DNA from: an uncultured Thermoprotei archaeon | Lineage (GTDB): Archaea > Thermoproteota > Thermoprotei > Thermofilales > B15-G2 | NCBI GenBank assembly: GCA_965367815.1 | Contig: CBDUKN010000006.1 | Span: 32,001 to 96,000, forward strand | Reading direction: 5' to 3' | DNA length: 64,000 bases | In this document: positions 9,367-19,516 of the stretch, in pieces | How the letters are laid out: every line of letters starts with the position of its first letter | Position numbering within the stretch: position 1 is the stretch's first letter | Notes under the pieces: generated by a model | Database searches by the model: none | What the model saw: only the letters and a program-made list of their open reading frames with translations | What the model was told of the DNA's origin: nothing | Translations under genes and position numbers: made by a program

Positions 9367-10280
9367 GGTATCTCAACCCCTAGAAGCTCAAAGCTTCTTT
9401 CTAAAGCAGATCGAGCTTTATCGGCTATCTTCTTGTCTACAGCTACTACATATTTTTCTTCAAGCAAGGCTCGAAGAATTTTCTCTAAAGTTATTTTCTT
9501 CATGTCCTCGCATACTGCTTCAAGTGTAGCTGGATAAGCTTTCTTCGAAGGATACTCTTTCCTTATTTTATGTAGCAGGCCTACTTCTGTTCCAATAACG
9601 TACTCTTCTGCATTTAGAGATCCTACTGCTCTAACCATTTGGCTTGTGCTTCCAATAAAGTCTGCCAGCTTCCTTACTTCTGATGTGCACTCGGGGTGAA
9701 CAAGTATTTTTGCTCGAGGATATTTTTCTTTAGCCGCTTTAATGCAGTCGACTGTTATCTTCATGTGAACTGGACAATGGCTATCAGGTGGAATAGGAAT
9801 AACTGTTTTCCCTGTCTGCTCAGCTACGTATGACGCGAGATTTCTATCAGGTCCGAAGAGAACTGCTTCTGCATCTAGCTGAGAAACTATCTTAACGGCG
9901 CTGCTGCTCGTTACAACGTAGTCTGCTTTAGCTTTAACAGAAGCCAGCGAATTGACGTAGACTACGAGAGGTGCTTTAGGGTGTTTTCTGCGGTAGTAGT
10001 CTACTATTTCGGGTGTAAGCTGGTGTGCTAGAGGACAGGTAGATTCTTTCTCAGGATGCAGCACTTTTTTCTCGGGATTCAGTATAGCTGCCTGCTCTGC
10101 CATAAAGTCTACTCCGGCGAAAACTATTACTTTAGCTTCAGTCTTCATGGCTTTAATAGAAAGCTCCAAGCTATCGCCGGCAAAATCGGCTATGTCTTGT
10201 ACTTCAGGCCTCTGATAATTATGGGCCAGTATAACCGCGTTCTTTTCACTCAACAAACGCTTGATTTTATCCTCTAACAC
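9351..10280 (-). CDS. nadA: Quinolinate synthase
   Basis: LAHNYQ, GDSL, YVNS, HPEC, GST, three Fe-S Cys. Confidence 0.97.
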   Translation of the reverse strand: MLEDKIKRLLSEKNAVILAHNYQRPEVQDIADFAGDSLELSIKAMKTEAKVIVFAGVDFMAEQAAILNPEKKVLHPEKESTCPLAHQLTPEIVDYYRRKHPKAPLVVYVNSLASVKAKADYVVTSSSAVKIVSQLDAEAVLFGPDRNLASYVAEQTGKTVIPIPPDSHCPVHMKITVDCIKAAKEKYPRAKILVHPECTSEVRKLADFIGSTSQMVRAVGSLNAEEYVIGTEVGLLHKIRKEYPSKKAYPATLEAVCEDMKKITLEKILRALLEEKYVVAVDKKIADKARSALERSFELLGVEIPWSRK

Positions 10281-10396
10281 ACTAATCCTGTTTTACGATG
10301 AAGACTAATATATAAGAGGAGTTTTACTGGCAAATTTTGCCGGAAACACGAAGTCTTCTTCGGCAACTTTCGCCGAACCAGTATTCTTCCACTACA

Positions 10397-11512
10397 TTAG
10401 TAGCAGAAACAGTGCAAGAATATTAGCAGAGTATTTTCAGCCATATTGAATACTTTAATCAGTTTGCCGCGTCTTTTCTTTAAAACACTTAGTTTTCTAG
10501 CTAATATTGATGAAACTACCGTTATCGCCAATAGAGGAGCCACGAAAATAGCATTATATAATAGCAGCAGTAAAGGCAAAGCTTCACTTAAAGGATATTT
10601 TCCGATGTAGTATAGCGCTATCAAGTAGGGTCCAGCACTGCATGGTAAAAAGAGATGTACTAACTGTTGCTCCAAGAGCAAAAGCTAAAGGAATACTTGC
10701 GGATTTTTCGGTGAAACGCGATAGCTTCTCTCTAATAGATTTGGGAAGAATATTGTAGCGCTTTCCTTTCGCCATCTTAACTAGTGAATACAAGCCTACC
10801 GCTAAAGCAGATCCTCCAATAAAATATTTCACTACTTCATATTGGCCGATAATTTTCACTAAGTTAAGTCCTGTAAGGAGATAAATGATACACACTGCTG
10901 TAATAAACGAGAAGTCGGCTAAAAACATGCGATGTCTGCCTGCTACATGAAAAACAATTAAGAGAAGACTGTGAAAACAGCAAAAGTACAGGGATTAATT
11001 GAGTCTACTAGAGCACAAGCAATTATTACAGGTAAAACAGGCCTATAGCTTTGCGACCTATTTTCTAGTACTACATGAGGATTCTTGAATATTTCTTCTA
11101 CTTCCCTTACTTTACTCTCGTCAACAATTCTTTGCCCCTCATGCACAATAAGCACTCCTTTACTAGGAACATTCTTAAACAATGATTTTAAGTAGTTTAA
11201 ATCATATGAACCAACTATAACCATCTTAAGCTTTCCGCCAATAAATACTCCTGATAAAGGAATAGGTTTAAGAGAGGAATTCGGGAAGAGAATCTCGTAT
11301 ATAGTGCGGTAAGCCTTCAAGTAGACTTTACTCTCATAAATATCGTAGAAAACAATACTGTCTTCTCCTACTAGCTTAGCCATTTTCTTCTTAAAATCAC
11401 TACAGGCATGGCAGCTGGCCGTACCGAAAACATATATATGTATAGGCTCGGCAAAACATACTGCTAGAAAAATTGAGCAGAGCAAAACATGTAACAAAAG
11501 ATGCTTCTTCAA
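10397..11512 (-). pseudogene. Thioredoxin-like plus CcdA-like (cytochrome c biogenesis) membrane protein, split into three frames
   Basis: CHAC, DSINPC, LPCSAGPY and YNAIFVAPL motifs spread over ORFs 10958-11512, 10584-10928 and 10397-10681. Confidence 0.8.
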
Positions 11513-11671
11513 GCTCCTACCTCCTTAAGTATTCAATAAAACGCATAATAAAATCTATGCACTCAGAGAAGCTTGCTTCACACAAAATTTCAAGCGACTG
11601 TATTGCAAAGTAATTACTTTATTTAAAGTAGCATAAAGTTTATCACATAAACTATTCTGCTTATATTAGAG

Positions 11672-12760
11672 ATGATTGAAGAACATGAAATACGTAAACT
11701 GGGACTAGTTTCTTTTTCAGAGGACTTAGACATAGTTTCTGTTTTTACTAGACTAGCTAAGCTTAGCGGGTTTAGTGTAGAGCTTCTTGAAGCAAAAGAA
11801 TTGAGTTCGCTAAGTGATGTAGATGCTTTAGTAGTTATAGGTACTGATAGAGATTTATTGGATGTTTTACAGATGCTCGGAGAGGGAGTTAAACCTATTC
11901 TTGGTATAAGTCCTCCAGAGTATGTTAGTTTTCTTATGCCCGTGTCTTTTAATGAGATTGATAGATGTTTATCTGCTTTAGCTAAGAAACAGTATAAGAT
12001 AGTAAAATACACTAGGATTAAAGGCAAAGTTGATCGAAAGGAAATAGTGTATGCTTTAAACGAAATAGCTATTTTCTCTTCTAAAAGCGCTACTCTAATA
12101 GAATATGAGTTGCTCGTTGACGGTGAGCATGTATGGCGTGACCGCTCAGATGGTGTAATAGTTGCTACGCCCGTAGGCTCTACTGCTTATGCTTTTTCAG
12201 CCGGAGGCCCGGTAATAATGGAGAATACGCCTGTATTAGAGATAGTGCCTGTGAATAGTCTTGATCCTCTTAAGAAGCCTCTAGTAGTTAAAAATACTTC
12301 TAAAATAGTTATTAGGGATATTTCTAGCAGGTATCCTTGTGAAGTAATAGCTGATGGCTGTAAAAGAATTAGAGTAAAAAAGAGAATTGAGATAACGAAA
12401 GCAAAGACACCTGTTCCTGTGATTAAGATAACTGCTGCCTCGATAACTAAAGAGAGTCTTGAGAAAAAGTATGCTCTTATTAAGGAGATACAAGAGATTC
12501 CGCCTAGCGCTAAATATGTTCTAAAGGTACTTGAAGCTGAAGGCCCCTTGTCTGTTAAAGAAATCGCTGAGAAAACTTTGCTTTCGCCTCGAACAGTAAG
12601 GTATTCTTTGACGCTTTTGGTTAAAAGAGGGCTTGTAAAGAAGTTGGTTAATTTGAGGGATACTCGTCAAACATACTATGAGGCTGTTACGTCGCCTTGG
12701 AAAAATGAAGTTAAGTCTATTAGAGAGAAATTAGAGCACTTTAAGCTTAATTCCCGTTAG
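11672..12760 (+). CDS. NAD kinase-family protein fused to a C-terminal winged HTH
   Basis: ALNE and DGVIVATPVGSTAYAFSAGGP; GGDG altered to GTDR; C-terminal PPSAKYVLKVLE...RTVRYSL..L..RGLV wHTH. Confidence 0.85.
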   Translation: MIEEHEIRKLGLVSFSEDLDIVSVFTRLAKLSGFSVELLEAKELSSLSDVDALVVIGTDRDLLDVLQMLGEGVKPILGISPPEYVSFLMPVSFNEIDRCLSALAKKQYKIVKYTRIKGKVDRKEIVYALNEIAIFSSKSATLIEYELLVDGEHVWRDRSDGVIVATPVGSTAYAFSAGGPVIMENTPVLEIVPVNSLDPLKKPLVVKNTSKIVIRDISSRYPCEVIADGCKRIRVKKRIEITKAKTPVPVIKITAASITKESLEKKYALIKEIQEIPPSAKYVLKVLEAEGPLSVKEIAEKTLLSPRTVRYSLTLLVKRGLVKKLVNLRDTRQTYYEAVTSPWKNEVKSIREKLEHFKLNSR

Positions 12761-14077
12761 CTTCGAGAATAGTTCTAATTCTCTAGTGTAGTCGCCGTAG
12801 ACCATCGCGTGGTGGAACGCATAAGCGTTGTCCGCTATTTCTCTAGCATTTCTAACTTTTATCCAGGCGGAGAACCTGCAGTGAATAGTATCTTCTACTC
12901 TCATTATTTTTCCTTTAATAGCGATCATTTCGCTTAAATCTGGACTTATTCTCAGCAAAGTCACATCAGTGCCTGTTTTCAGCGGAACATACGCTGTTGC
13001 GCCTTTACCCATGTTATGGTAGTCTTCGAGAATCCACTTGTCTTCAATACCCATGGTTAACGGAATTACGTCATGTGTAAGCCTCACAACATTAGTTCTT
13101 AAGCTTTCCTCAATATCTTTGATTTTTGTCTCAGAGGGAGGAAATCCAGGCCCAGGCCAGGGTCTGAATAGATATATGTTTCCCATGAGCACTGGGCTTC
13201 TTGAAATAAAGCTCAGTATCATCATAGAGAGAGCGACATTTATGTCTGCTTCACAGCCAGCTACAATGCCCTCGTCTATGAGCTTAGCTAACGCGATACA
13301 CGGTGGGACAAATTTCTTGCCGAAAAGGTCTTCAAGGCAGTTTATTGTAAAAGCATTTGCTTTCTTTTCTTCGAGAATATCTTTAATCGCTAAATAGAGT
13401 TTAGCTACTTCTTCGAGTACTTCTCTATTAAAGTTAGTGAAGAGACCTTGCCACCCAGCAAGAGTTTTCTCTAAGTGCTCTGCGTCGACTTGCTCTGCTT
13501 TCTCCAGTAGATAGTCTATCGGAATGCTTTCGACTATTACTCCTAGCTTTCTTTCTATTTCTTCAAGACACCACTGGGAAGCAACATTTGGTGCAGGTAT
13601 TTTTCCGAAAACTATTAGCTTACTTACTTTAAGCGCGTTAACTGCCGAAATTACTTTAGCTACGCGCTTATGTTCCTCGGGCCCTATAGGTGTAATTACT
13701 TCGACTCCCCAGTGTCTAAGAAAACCTCTAATATCCCACGAGGCTGCATGACAGTAGCCTCGTTCATCCCATATTATAACCGGTAATTTCAGCCAAGAAA
13801 GTCTTCGGTAAATATATCTTCTGCCGTGGGCTTTGAGAACAACTGCGTCTACTTTTCTGTCAATAATAAAGGGAAGAAATCTAGCTTCATACTCAGAAGT
13901 AACTACTATTGGTTCGAGTACTTCTTCGTCTTTATAGACTTTTTTAAGTTCATTTAAGAAGTCTTTCTTCAGCTTTTCTGCTCTCTCTTTACTTAAGCCT
14001 ATATCGAAGACTACAGGCTGAAGTACTGCACGTATTCCATAAAATCCTTTACCCAAGTCTACTTTCATTATTATCAT
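12731..14077 (-). CDS. L-fucose/L-arabinose isomerase-like protein
   Basis: INC, PPC, GCEAD, HCR, HHAMVYGDY motifs. Confidence 0.8.
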   Translation of the reverse strand: MIIMKVDLGKGFYGIRAVLQPVVFDIGLSKERAEKLKKDFLNELKKVYKDEEVLEPIVVTSEYEARFLPFIIDRKVDAVVLKAHGRRYIYRRLSWLKLPVIIWDERGYCHAASWDIRGFLRHWGVEVITPIGPEEHKRVAKVISAVNALKVSKLIVFGKIPAPNVASQWCLEEIERKLGVIVESIPIDYLLEKAEQVDAEHLEKTLAGWQGLFTNFNREVLEEVAKLYLAIKDILEEKKANAFTINCLEDLFGKKFVPPCIALAKLIDEGIVAGCEADINVALSMMILSFISRSPVLMGNIYLFRPWPGPGFPPSETKIKDIEESLRTNVVRLTHDVIPLTMGIEDKWILEDYHNMGKGATAYVPLKTGTDVTLLRISPDLSEMIAIKGKIMRVEDTIHCRFSAWIKVRNAREIADNAYAFHHAMVYGDYTRELELFSKLTGIKLKVL

Positions 14078-14123
14078 AGATTATATTCTCTGAAAGTATA
14101 TAGCACTAAGTACGTCAACTGCT

Positions 14124-14147
14124 TAAGTCAGCGAAACAGCTGACTTA
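14124..14147. terminator. Stem-loop TAAGTCAGC-N6-GCTGACTTA after the metal ABC ATPase
   Basis: Perfect 9-bp inverted repeat 3 nt past the stop codon. Confidence 0.4.
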
Positions 14148-14150
14148 GTA

Positions 14151-14948
14151 TTAGGCGTGAAAATCGCAGATGTGTATATGGTTGTGCATAAGTATTGCTG
14201 CCTCTCCATAAATTTCTTTCATCTCCTCTATTCTCAAGAGTTCTTCCGGCTTTCCTATTTTGAAAACTTTTCTATTCAATAAGATAATAGTATTCGTGTA
14301 AGATAGAAGTAATTCAGGGTCATGGCATGTAGATATCACTAGTTTTCTTTTACTGAGCTCAGCGATTACCTGCACTAAATCTATTCTACCAGCAGGGTCT
14401 ACCGCGGAAAACGGCTCATCCATTACTAGAATAGGTGGATCGTGGACTAGTGCTCTAGCAATAAGTACTCTCTGTCTTTGCCCCCCTGATAAATGCCATA
14501 TATTTTCTTTCCAGAATTCTCTAGGTAAACCTACTGTAGTTAAAGCTTCTTCTACTCTTCTTCTGTCTTCTATTCTTGTGAATAGTCTAGGCCACTTCTT
14601 TTTGTGCATAAGTAGGCTTGATTCAACTAACTCCCATGCAGTAATAGGGTATTTCGAAAACTCTGCGATAGCGAGCTGGGGAACATATCCTACAAATAGT
14701 CCGGCTTTTTCAGGTCGCCCTGTTACATCAACTCCATTTATTACTACTCGTCCCTGCATAGGCTGTATTAGCCCGAGAATAGCTTTAAGCAAAGTTGTTT
14801 TACCTGCACCATTAGGTCCTAAAATCTGTACTAGGGCTGGCCCCTTTATCTTGAAACTGATATTCTCTATAATTACTTCATCTCCATAGCCTGCTGTCAA
14901 GTTTTCTACAGCTATTTCTTGTGTTCTGGAAAAAATCTCCTTGTGCAT
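14151..14948 (-). CDS. Metal (Zn/Mn/Ni) ABC transporter ATPase, ZnuC-like
   Basis: GPNGAGKT, GYVPQ, LSGGQRQR, MDEP; His-rich tail HNHIHICDFH; start revised to MHKE. Confidence 0.9.
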   Translation of the reverse strand: MHKEIFSRTQEIAVENLTAGYGDEVIIENISFKIKGPALVQILGPNGAGKTTLLKAILGLIQPMQGRVVINGVDVTGRPEKAGLFVGYVPQLAIAEFSKYPITAWELVESSLLMHKKKWPRLFTRIEDRRRVEEALTTVGLPREFWKENIWHLSGGQRQRVLIARALVHDPPILVMDEPFSAVDPAGRIDLVQVIAELSKRKLVISTCHDPELLLSYTNTIILLNRKVFKIGKPEELLRIEEMKEIYGEAAILMHNHIHICDFHA

Positions 14949-15004
14949 ACTTTCCGTAAGCTTTATTAGCGACTGTGCACATATAAGCTTAACGGTGGTG
15001 ATCA

Positions 15005-15973
15005 TTGAGGCTTACTGTTTTCATATTCTTGGCTATACTCTTCACCTCGCTAGCAGTAGCTCAGCCTAGAAAACTTATTATTGTAGCTACTTTTCCTAAC
15101 TTAGTTAAAGACATTAAGCTGGTTGCCTGTAGTGAAGAAGTAGTTTCCTTAGTACCTGCTGGAGCTGACCCCCATGAATACCAGCTTACTTCAAGAGATT
15201 TAGATTTAGTTAAAAGAGCAAATCTCATAGTCTCTACTGCACACACATCATTTGAAATAGATTTAAGGAAAAAAGTTGAGCAAAAAGAGTTCAAAGCGGT
15301 TTTAATCGAGCTTACTAAAATTCCCGGCATAGTTATTTTAAATAATCCTGCGCTGAACCAGCCTAATTACCATATGCCGATATATGATCCAGGTAACTAC
15401 AAGCTTTTTATAAAATACTTGGCACTTAAGCTAGCTGAAATAAATCCTCTTGAAGCTGAAATATACTTAAATAGAGCTGAGAGCGTAGCTAGGAAAATAG
15501 ATTCTATAGTGAATTCTACTCCTAAACTTAATGTTGTTGCCGCAGCAGACTATCCTTTTACACAGTATGCTGTTTCTTGGCTAGGCATTGAAATAAAGTA
15601 TCTTGTAGTGAAAGAAGCCGGTGTATCGGCTACGCCGAGCGATATAGAGAAGCTCAAGGAAGCTTTAGCTAAAAAGGAAGTAAAAATAGTTGTTGTGGCT
15701 GAGCCTGTAGAGCTTCCTGCATCAAAGCTCTTGAAGTCTCTTGCCGAGAAATATGAAGTTCCCGTGCTCTATATTCCATTGCCTTTCTCTAAAGGAAGTA
15801 TTTTAAGTAAACTTGAATATATTTCTTCTCAAGCCAAGTCTATTAAACTTCAGCTCGGTGAAAAAGGAGCTTTGCTTAATGAGAAATCGCCCTTCCTAGA
15901 AATTGCCGCAGGTATACTCTCTCTACTGATTATAGTGGAGCTCTACTTCTATTACTGGAGGGTGAAAGAATGA
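15005..15973 (+). CDS. Metal ABC substrate-binding protein (ZnuA/TroA family) with C-terminal TM anchor
   Basis: Signal peptide, GADPHEY, NYH, C-terminal TM. Confidence 0.9.
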   Translation: MRLTVFIFLAILFTSLAVAQPRKLIIVATFPNLVKDIKLVACSEEVVSLVPAGADPHEYQLTSRDLDLVKRANLIVSTAHTSFEIDLRKKVEQKEFKAVLIELTKIPGIVILNNPALNQPNYHMPIYDPGNYKLFIKYLALKLAEINPLEAEIYLNRAESVARKIDSIVNSTPKLNVVAAADYPFTQYAVSWLGIEIKYLVVKEAGVSATPSDIEKLKEALAKKEVKIVVVAEPVELPASKLLKSLAEKYEVPVLYIPLPFSKGSILSKLEYISSQAKSIKLQLGEKGALLNEKSPFLEIAAGILSLLIIVELYFYYWRVKE

Positions 15974-16845
15974 TATTTAAAAAGATTTTAGTTACAGCTC
16001 TTGTCCTCACGCTAATCGTTGAGGCTATTATTTTAGCTGAGATAAGTGAATTAAAATGGGTTTTAGTGCTTATGGCCGCCGCTACTGCCTATGGCTTCTT
16101 AAGCTCTATTATAGCTGCTAGGCGTTTATATTTCTTGGCTAGTGCTTCGCCTCACTCAGCTCTGCTCGCTGTTGTTTTAGCTATTCCTTTGGCTAGAGTA
16201 CTGGGCTTCGGGGACGAGTATTTCTGGGCAGTAATAATAGGCACATGCTTGGTATACACAATAGGGTATGCTATACACAGAGGTATAGACCCTGATACTG
16301 CTACAGCTACATTTGTTGCTTTTACAGCGTCTCTCAGCGTAGTTGCTATATACTTTGTTTTAACCAGTTTTCCCGTTGAGACAAATATTATGGACATTAT
16401 TATAGGAGACCCTCTTTTAGCTGAATGGAGCGATGCTTTTTACGCGACTGCTGTTGCTACTATTACTGCCTTATCTGTACTTATAACTTATCGTGAGCAA
16501 ATATGCCTTGGTATTGATAGAGACTCTGTGAGACTTTCGGGTATCAGAACTGCTTTCTACGACGCTTTAGTATTCACGCTACTTGCTTTAGCTACAGTGG
16601 CTTTAATTAAAATAGTCGGCTTCGTACTAGAACATGTTTTACTGCTTTTGCCTGCCGCAATAAGCTCTACTACAGCTGTTAGCTCTAGAGAATCAGTATT
16701 CATTAGTGTTGTGTCAAGTATCGCGGCAAGCCTCGTAGGGCTCTACTTCTCGATAATAGCTAACTTGTCTCCGGCCGGCGTAACCGGACTTGTGCTCATG
16801 GTCATATATGTCTTAGCACTAGTTGCTAGAAGGAAGAGAGGCTGA
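15970..16845 (+). CDS. Metal ABC permease (ZnuB/ABC-3 family)
   Basis: PHSALL, GDPL, IKIVG..L..LLLLPA; multiple TM segments. Confidence 0.9.
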   Translation: MIFKKILVTALVLTLIVEAIILAEISELKWVLVLMAAATAYGFLSSIIAARRLYFLASASPHSALLAVVLAIPLARVLGFGDEYFWAVIIGTCLVYTIGYAIHRGIDPDTATATFVAFTASLSVVAIYFVLTSFPVETNIMDIIIGDPLLAEWSDAFYATAVATITALSVLITYREQICLGIDRDSVRLSGIRTAFYDALVFTLLALATVALIKIVGFVLEHVLLLLPAAISSTTAVSSRESVFISVVSSIAASLVGLYFSIIANLSPAGVTGLVLMVIYVLALVARRKRG

Positions 16846-16850
16846 TTAAA

Positions 16851-17243
16851 ATGAAGCGAAGATTCGGAGTATCTATACCTAAGGACCTCGCAGATAGACT
16901 AGATTTGCTCGCCAAGGCTCTTGAAACAGACCGCTCTAGTCTTATCGAAGCCGCTGTGAGAGAATATATACATGACCATATGCACTACTTAGTGCCCCAC
17001 GACTGTACAGGCATAATGGTGCTTTACGGTGCCTGCAGAAAAGAAGACTGGTTCGATATAATAGACCGCTACATGGACATAGTAGTCTCCTACAACCATA
17101 TACATAGAAAAAACATATGCATAGAAGTGCTAATAGTGTCGGGTCCCTCAAAGAAAATAGCTAGTCTACATAAAGAACTAGTAGAATCAGGAATAAAAGC
17201 AAGATATCTTCCAATATTCTACTGTGTCAGCGAGAGGTCTTAG
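16851..17243 (+). CDS. nikR: NikR-family regulator
   Basis: N-terminal RHH (RFGVSI, DRS..I..AVR) and HIH....CIEV metal-binding motif. Confidence 0.8.
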   Translation: MKRRFGVSIPKDLADRLDLLAKALETDRSSLIEAAVREYIHDHMHYLVPHDCTGIMVLYGACRKEDWFDIIDRYMDIVVSYNHIHRKNICIEVLIVSGPSKKIASLHKELVESGIKARYLPIFYCVSERS

Positions 17244-18114
17244 CAGGCTCGGTTCTGTGAGGTAGTTTAGGTACATAGGGATAAGGCACGTACTCTACGC
17301 CAGGCCTAACAGGCATTGCTTGTGGATACAGCTTCATGAGCTCATAGACTTCAGGAGGTATTTCTGTCTTAACATGCAGTCCCAGTTCCTTAGCTTTCTC
17401 TGCAGTAATAGGATAGTCGTGAGTCCACTTTCCTTCAGTTAAAATCTTCGCCAGCTCTCTAGCTTTTTCTTCACCGTATTTATCTTTAGTTAACTCGACT
17501 ATAAGCTCCTGCATTTGCTTAATTGCTTTCTCAGCAATATCTGCGAAGAGCAGTGTTTCATCAGATACTTTATCGACGCCCTTTTCTGACACTACTCTGA
17601 GTATAGATGGAGCTGGCACAGCTAAGCCGGGCTTAATTGACAACTGCGGGTCAAGTGGCCCCAGTACAGCATGAGGATCCATCCATATTTCGTCGGCAGC
17701 TAAAGCAATCAACGTGCCTCCGCTCATCGCATAGTGAGGTACAATTACAACCTTTTTAGCCGGATGATTTTTTAGTGCCTGAGCTATTTGAGCAGCCGCT
17801 AATACAAGTCCTCCTGGCGTATGCAAAATAAGTGCTATAGGCATGTCAGGCGGAGTACCGCGTATAGCTCTAAGTACTTCCTCTGAATCCTCTATGTCTA
17901 TAAATCTATAGAGAGGTATTCCAAGGAAACTTATTCTCTCTTGGCGATGAATAAGTGTAATAAAGCGCATTTTGTATTTTTCTTCAAGCCTGCGCAGCAT
18001 CGATAGTCTTAGGCTAAGTATGTGCCTATATCTCATTTGAGGCTCAAGCAGTATTATGAATAAGAGTAGCCAGAAAAGTAGTCCTATTATATCTATCATA
18101 TAGTATATACTCAT
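17227..18114 (-). CDS. ClpP-class membrane serine protease (SDH_sah family)
   Basis: HTPGG, AMSGGT, GPLDPQ, WTHDYP. Confidence 0.9.
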   Translation of the reverse strand: MSIYYMIDIIGLLFWLLLFIILLEPQMRYRHILSLRLSMLRRLEEKYKMRFITLIHRQERISFLGIPLYRFIDIEDSEEVLRAIRGTPPDMPIALILHTPGGLVLAAAQIAQALKNHPAKKVVIVPHYAMSGGTLIALAADEIWMDPHAVLGPLDPQLSIKPGLAVPAPSILRVVSEKGVDKVSDETLLFADIAEKAIKQMQELIVELTKDKYGEEKARELAKILTEGKWTHDYPITAEKAKELGLHVKTEIPPEVYELMKLYPQAMPVRPGVEYVPYPYVPKLPHRTEPAKTSR

Positions 18115-18173
18115 TAAGCAGAATATATAAGTTTAGAACATACTCATATATTCTTACCCAGCGAAAATTATTC

Positions 18174-19463
18174 ATGGGAAAAATTAAAATAAAGCCCGTA
18201 TTTGTGTCTTATGAAAAAGGATTTTTCAGAGAACTGCCTTCAGCAGAAGAATTTGAAAAAAGAGTTAATGAAGTGTACTCGAAGCTAAAGAAACTCTATC
18301 CTGAAGTCGATTTCTCTGAGCCAGCGCTCATCACTGATGTAGCTGGCTTAAATAGACTAAAGAGCGAGTTGACATACGATACTGACGGAATACTAGTTTA
18401 CAGGCTCGGCGGTATAGCTCATAAGCTTTTAGCAGATATCGGATTAATAGGTCCTCCTCTCATTATGGTAGGTAGAGGAGTGCTTAACCACGATATTGTA
18501 GCCTACTTGAGGCAAAGAGGTAGAGAAGCCTATGCTGTAGTCGACGAAAAAGACCTCTCTAGACTATTTTTCTTCCTTACTGCAAGAAAAAGAGTTAAGT
18601 CTACTAGAGTACTAGTAGTGTCTTCGAAAAGCCTTCCGTCGTTCTCCGCTATAAGCTCTGCCTACGACCTTGACTTAATGAAAGTAAAGCTGGGTATAGA
18701 CTATGAGTGGATTAGTAGCGAGAAACTGTTAAGTGAAACGGAAAAAGTGAGTGATAAAGAGGCTAGAGAAGTGCTAGATGATATTTTAAGTTATGCCATT
18801 AAGGTTGAAGTTAGTGAAGAAAACTTATTGAAGGCTGTAAAACTTTATATTGCTTTAAAGAAACTTTTAAAGGAAAATTACTGTAATGCTGTTGCCGTAG
18901 ACTGCGCCGAGCCAATATACTTTGAGCACCGAGTAACTCCCTGCTTAGCATTTACTCTTCTGAAAGACGAAGGCATACCTGCTTCCTGCGAAGCAGACTT
19001 AAGCGCACTTACGGCAATGATTATATTAATGTACTTGTCGAATAAACCCGCCTTTATGGGTAACTTGTGGCTTCACAGCGCCGAAGAGAACATTGTACGC
19101 TACTCTCACGACGTCCCTCCGACAAGAATTCTTGGCGAAGACCGTAAACCTTTTGAGCTACATGATTTCCACGACAAGAACTACAGCGCTACAGTGTATG
19201 TTGAAGTACCTAAAGAACTAAAAATAACATTAGCTAGAGTAGATTCTTCCTTCAGCAAAATACTAGTATTTAAGGGAACTGTAAAAGCTTCTCACGAAGG
19301 AGTAGGCTGCAGAGAAACACTTGACATAAAGGTAAATAATGCTCTAGACCTTGTCGAGAAAGTAGCGAACTACGGACATCATTTTGCGGCAGTTCTAGGC
19401 GACTACACGGAAGAATTAATTAAACTAGCTAAAATGATGAAAATAGAACCAGAGTGTGCATGA
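18174..19463 (+). CDS. L-fucose/L-arabinose isomerase-like protein (paralog)
   Basis: VDC, TPC, SCEAD, GCR, HHFAAVLGDY. Confidence 0.8.
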   Translation: MGKIKIKPVFVSYEKGFFRELPSAEEFEKRVNEVYSKLKKLYPEVDFSEPALITDVAGLNRLKSELTYDTDGILVYRLGGIAHKLLADIGLIGPPLIMVGRGVLNHDIVAYLRQRGREAYAVVDEKDLSRLFFFLTARKRVKSTRVLVVSSKSLPSFSAISSAYDLDLMKVKLGIDYEWISSEKLLSETEKVSDKEAREVLDDILSYAIKVEVSEENLLKAVKLYIALKKLLKENYCNAVAVDCAEPIYFEHRVTPCLAFTLLKDEGIPASCEADLSALTAMIILMYLSNKPAFMGNLWLHSAEENIVRYSHDVPPTRILGEDRKPFELHDFHDKNYSATVYVEVPKELKITLARVDSSFSKILVFKGTVKASHEGVGCRETLDIKVNNALDLVEKVANYGHHFAAVLGDYTEELIKLAKMMKIEPECA

Positions 19464-19516
19464 GTCTGACAGTTAGTTAACAAGACTTATATATAATATC
19501 TGATATCTAATTAACA

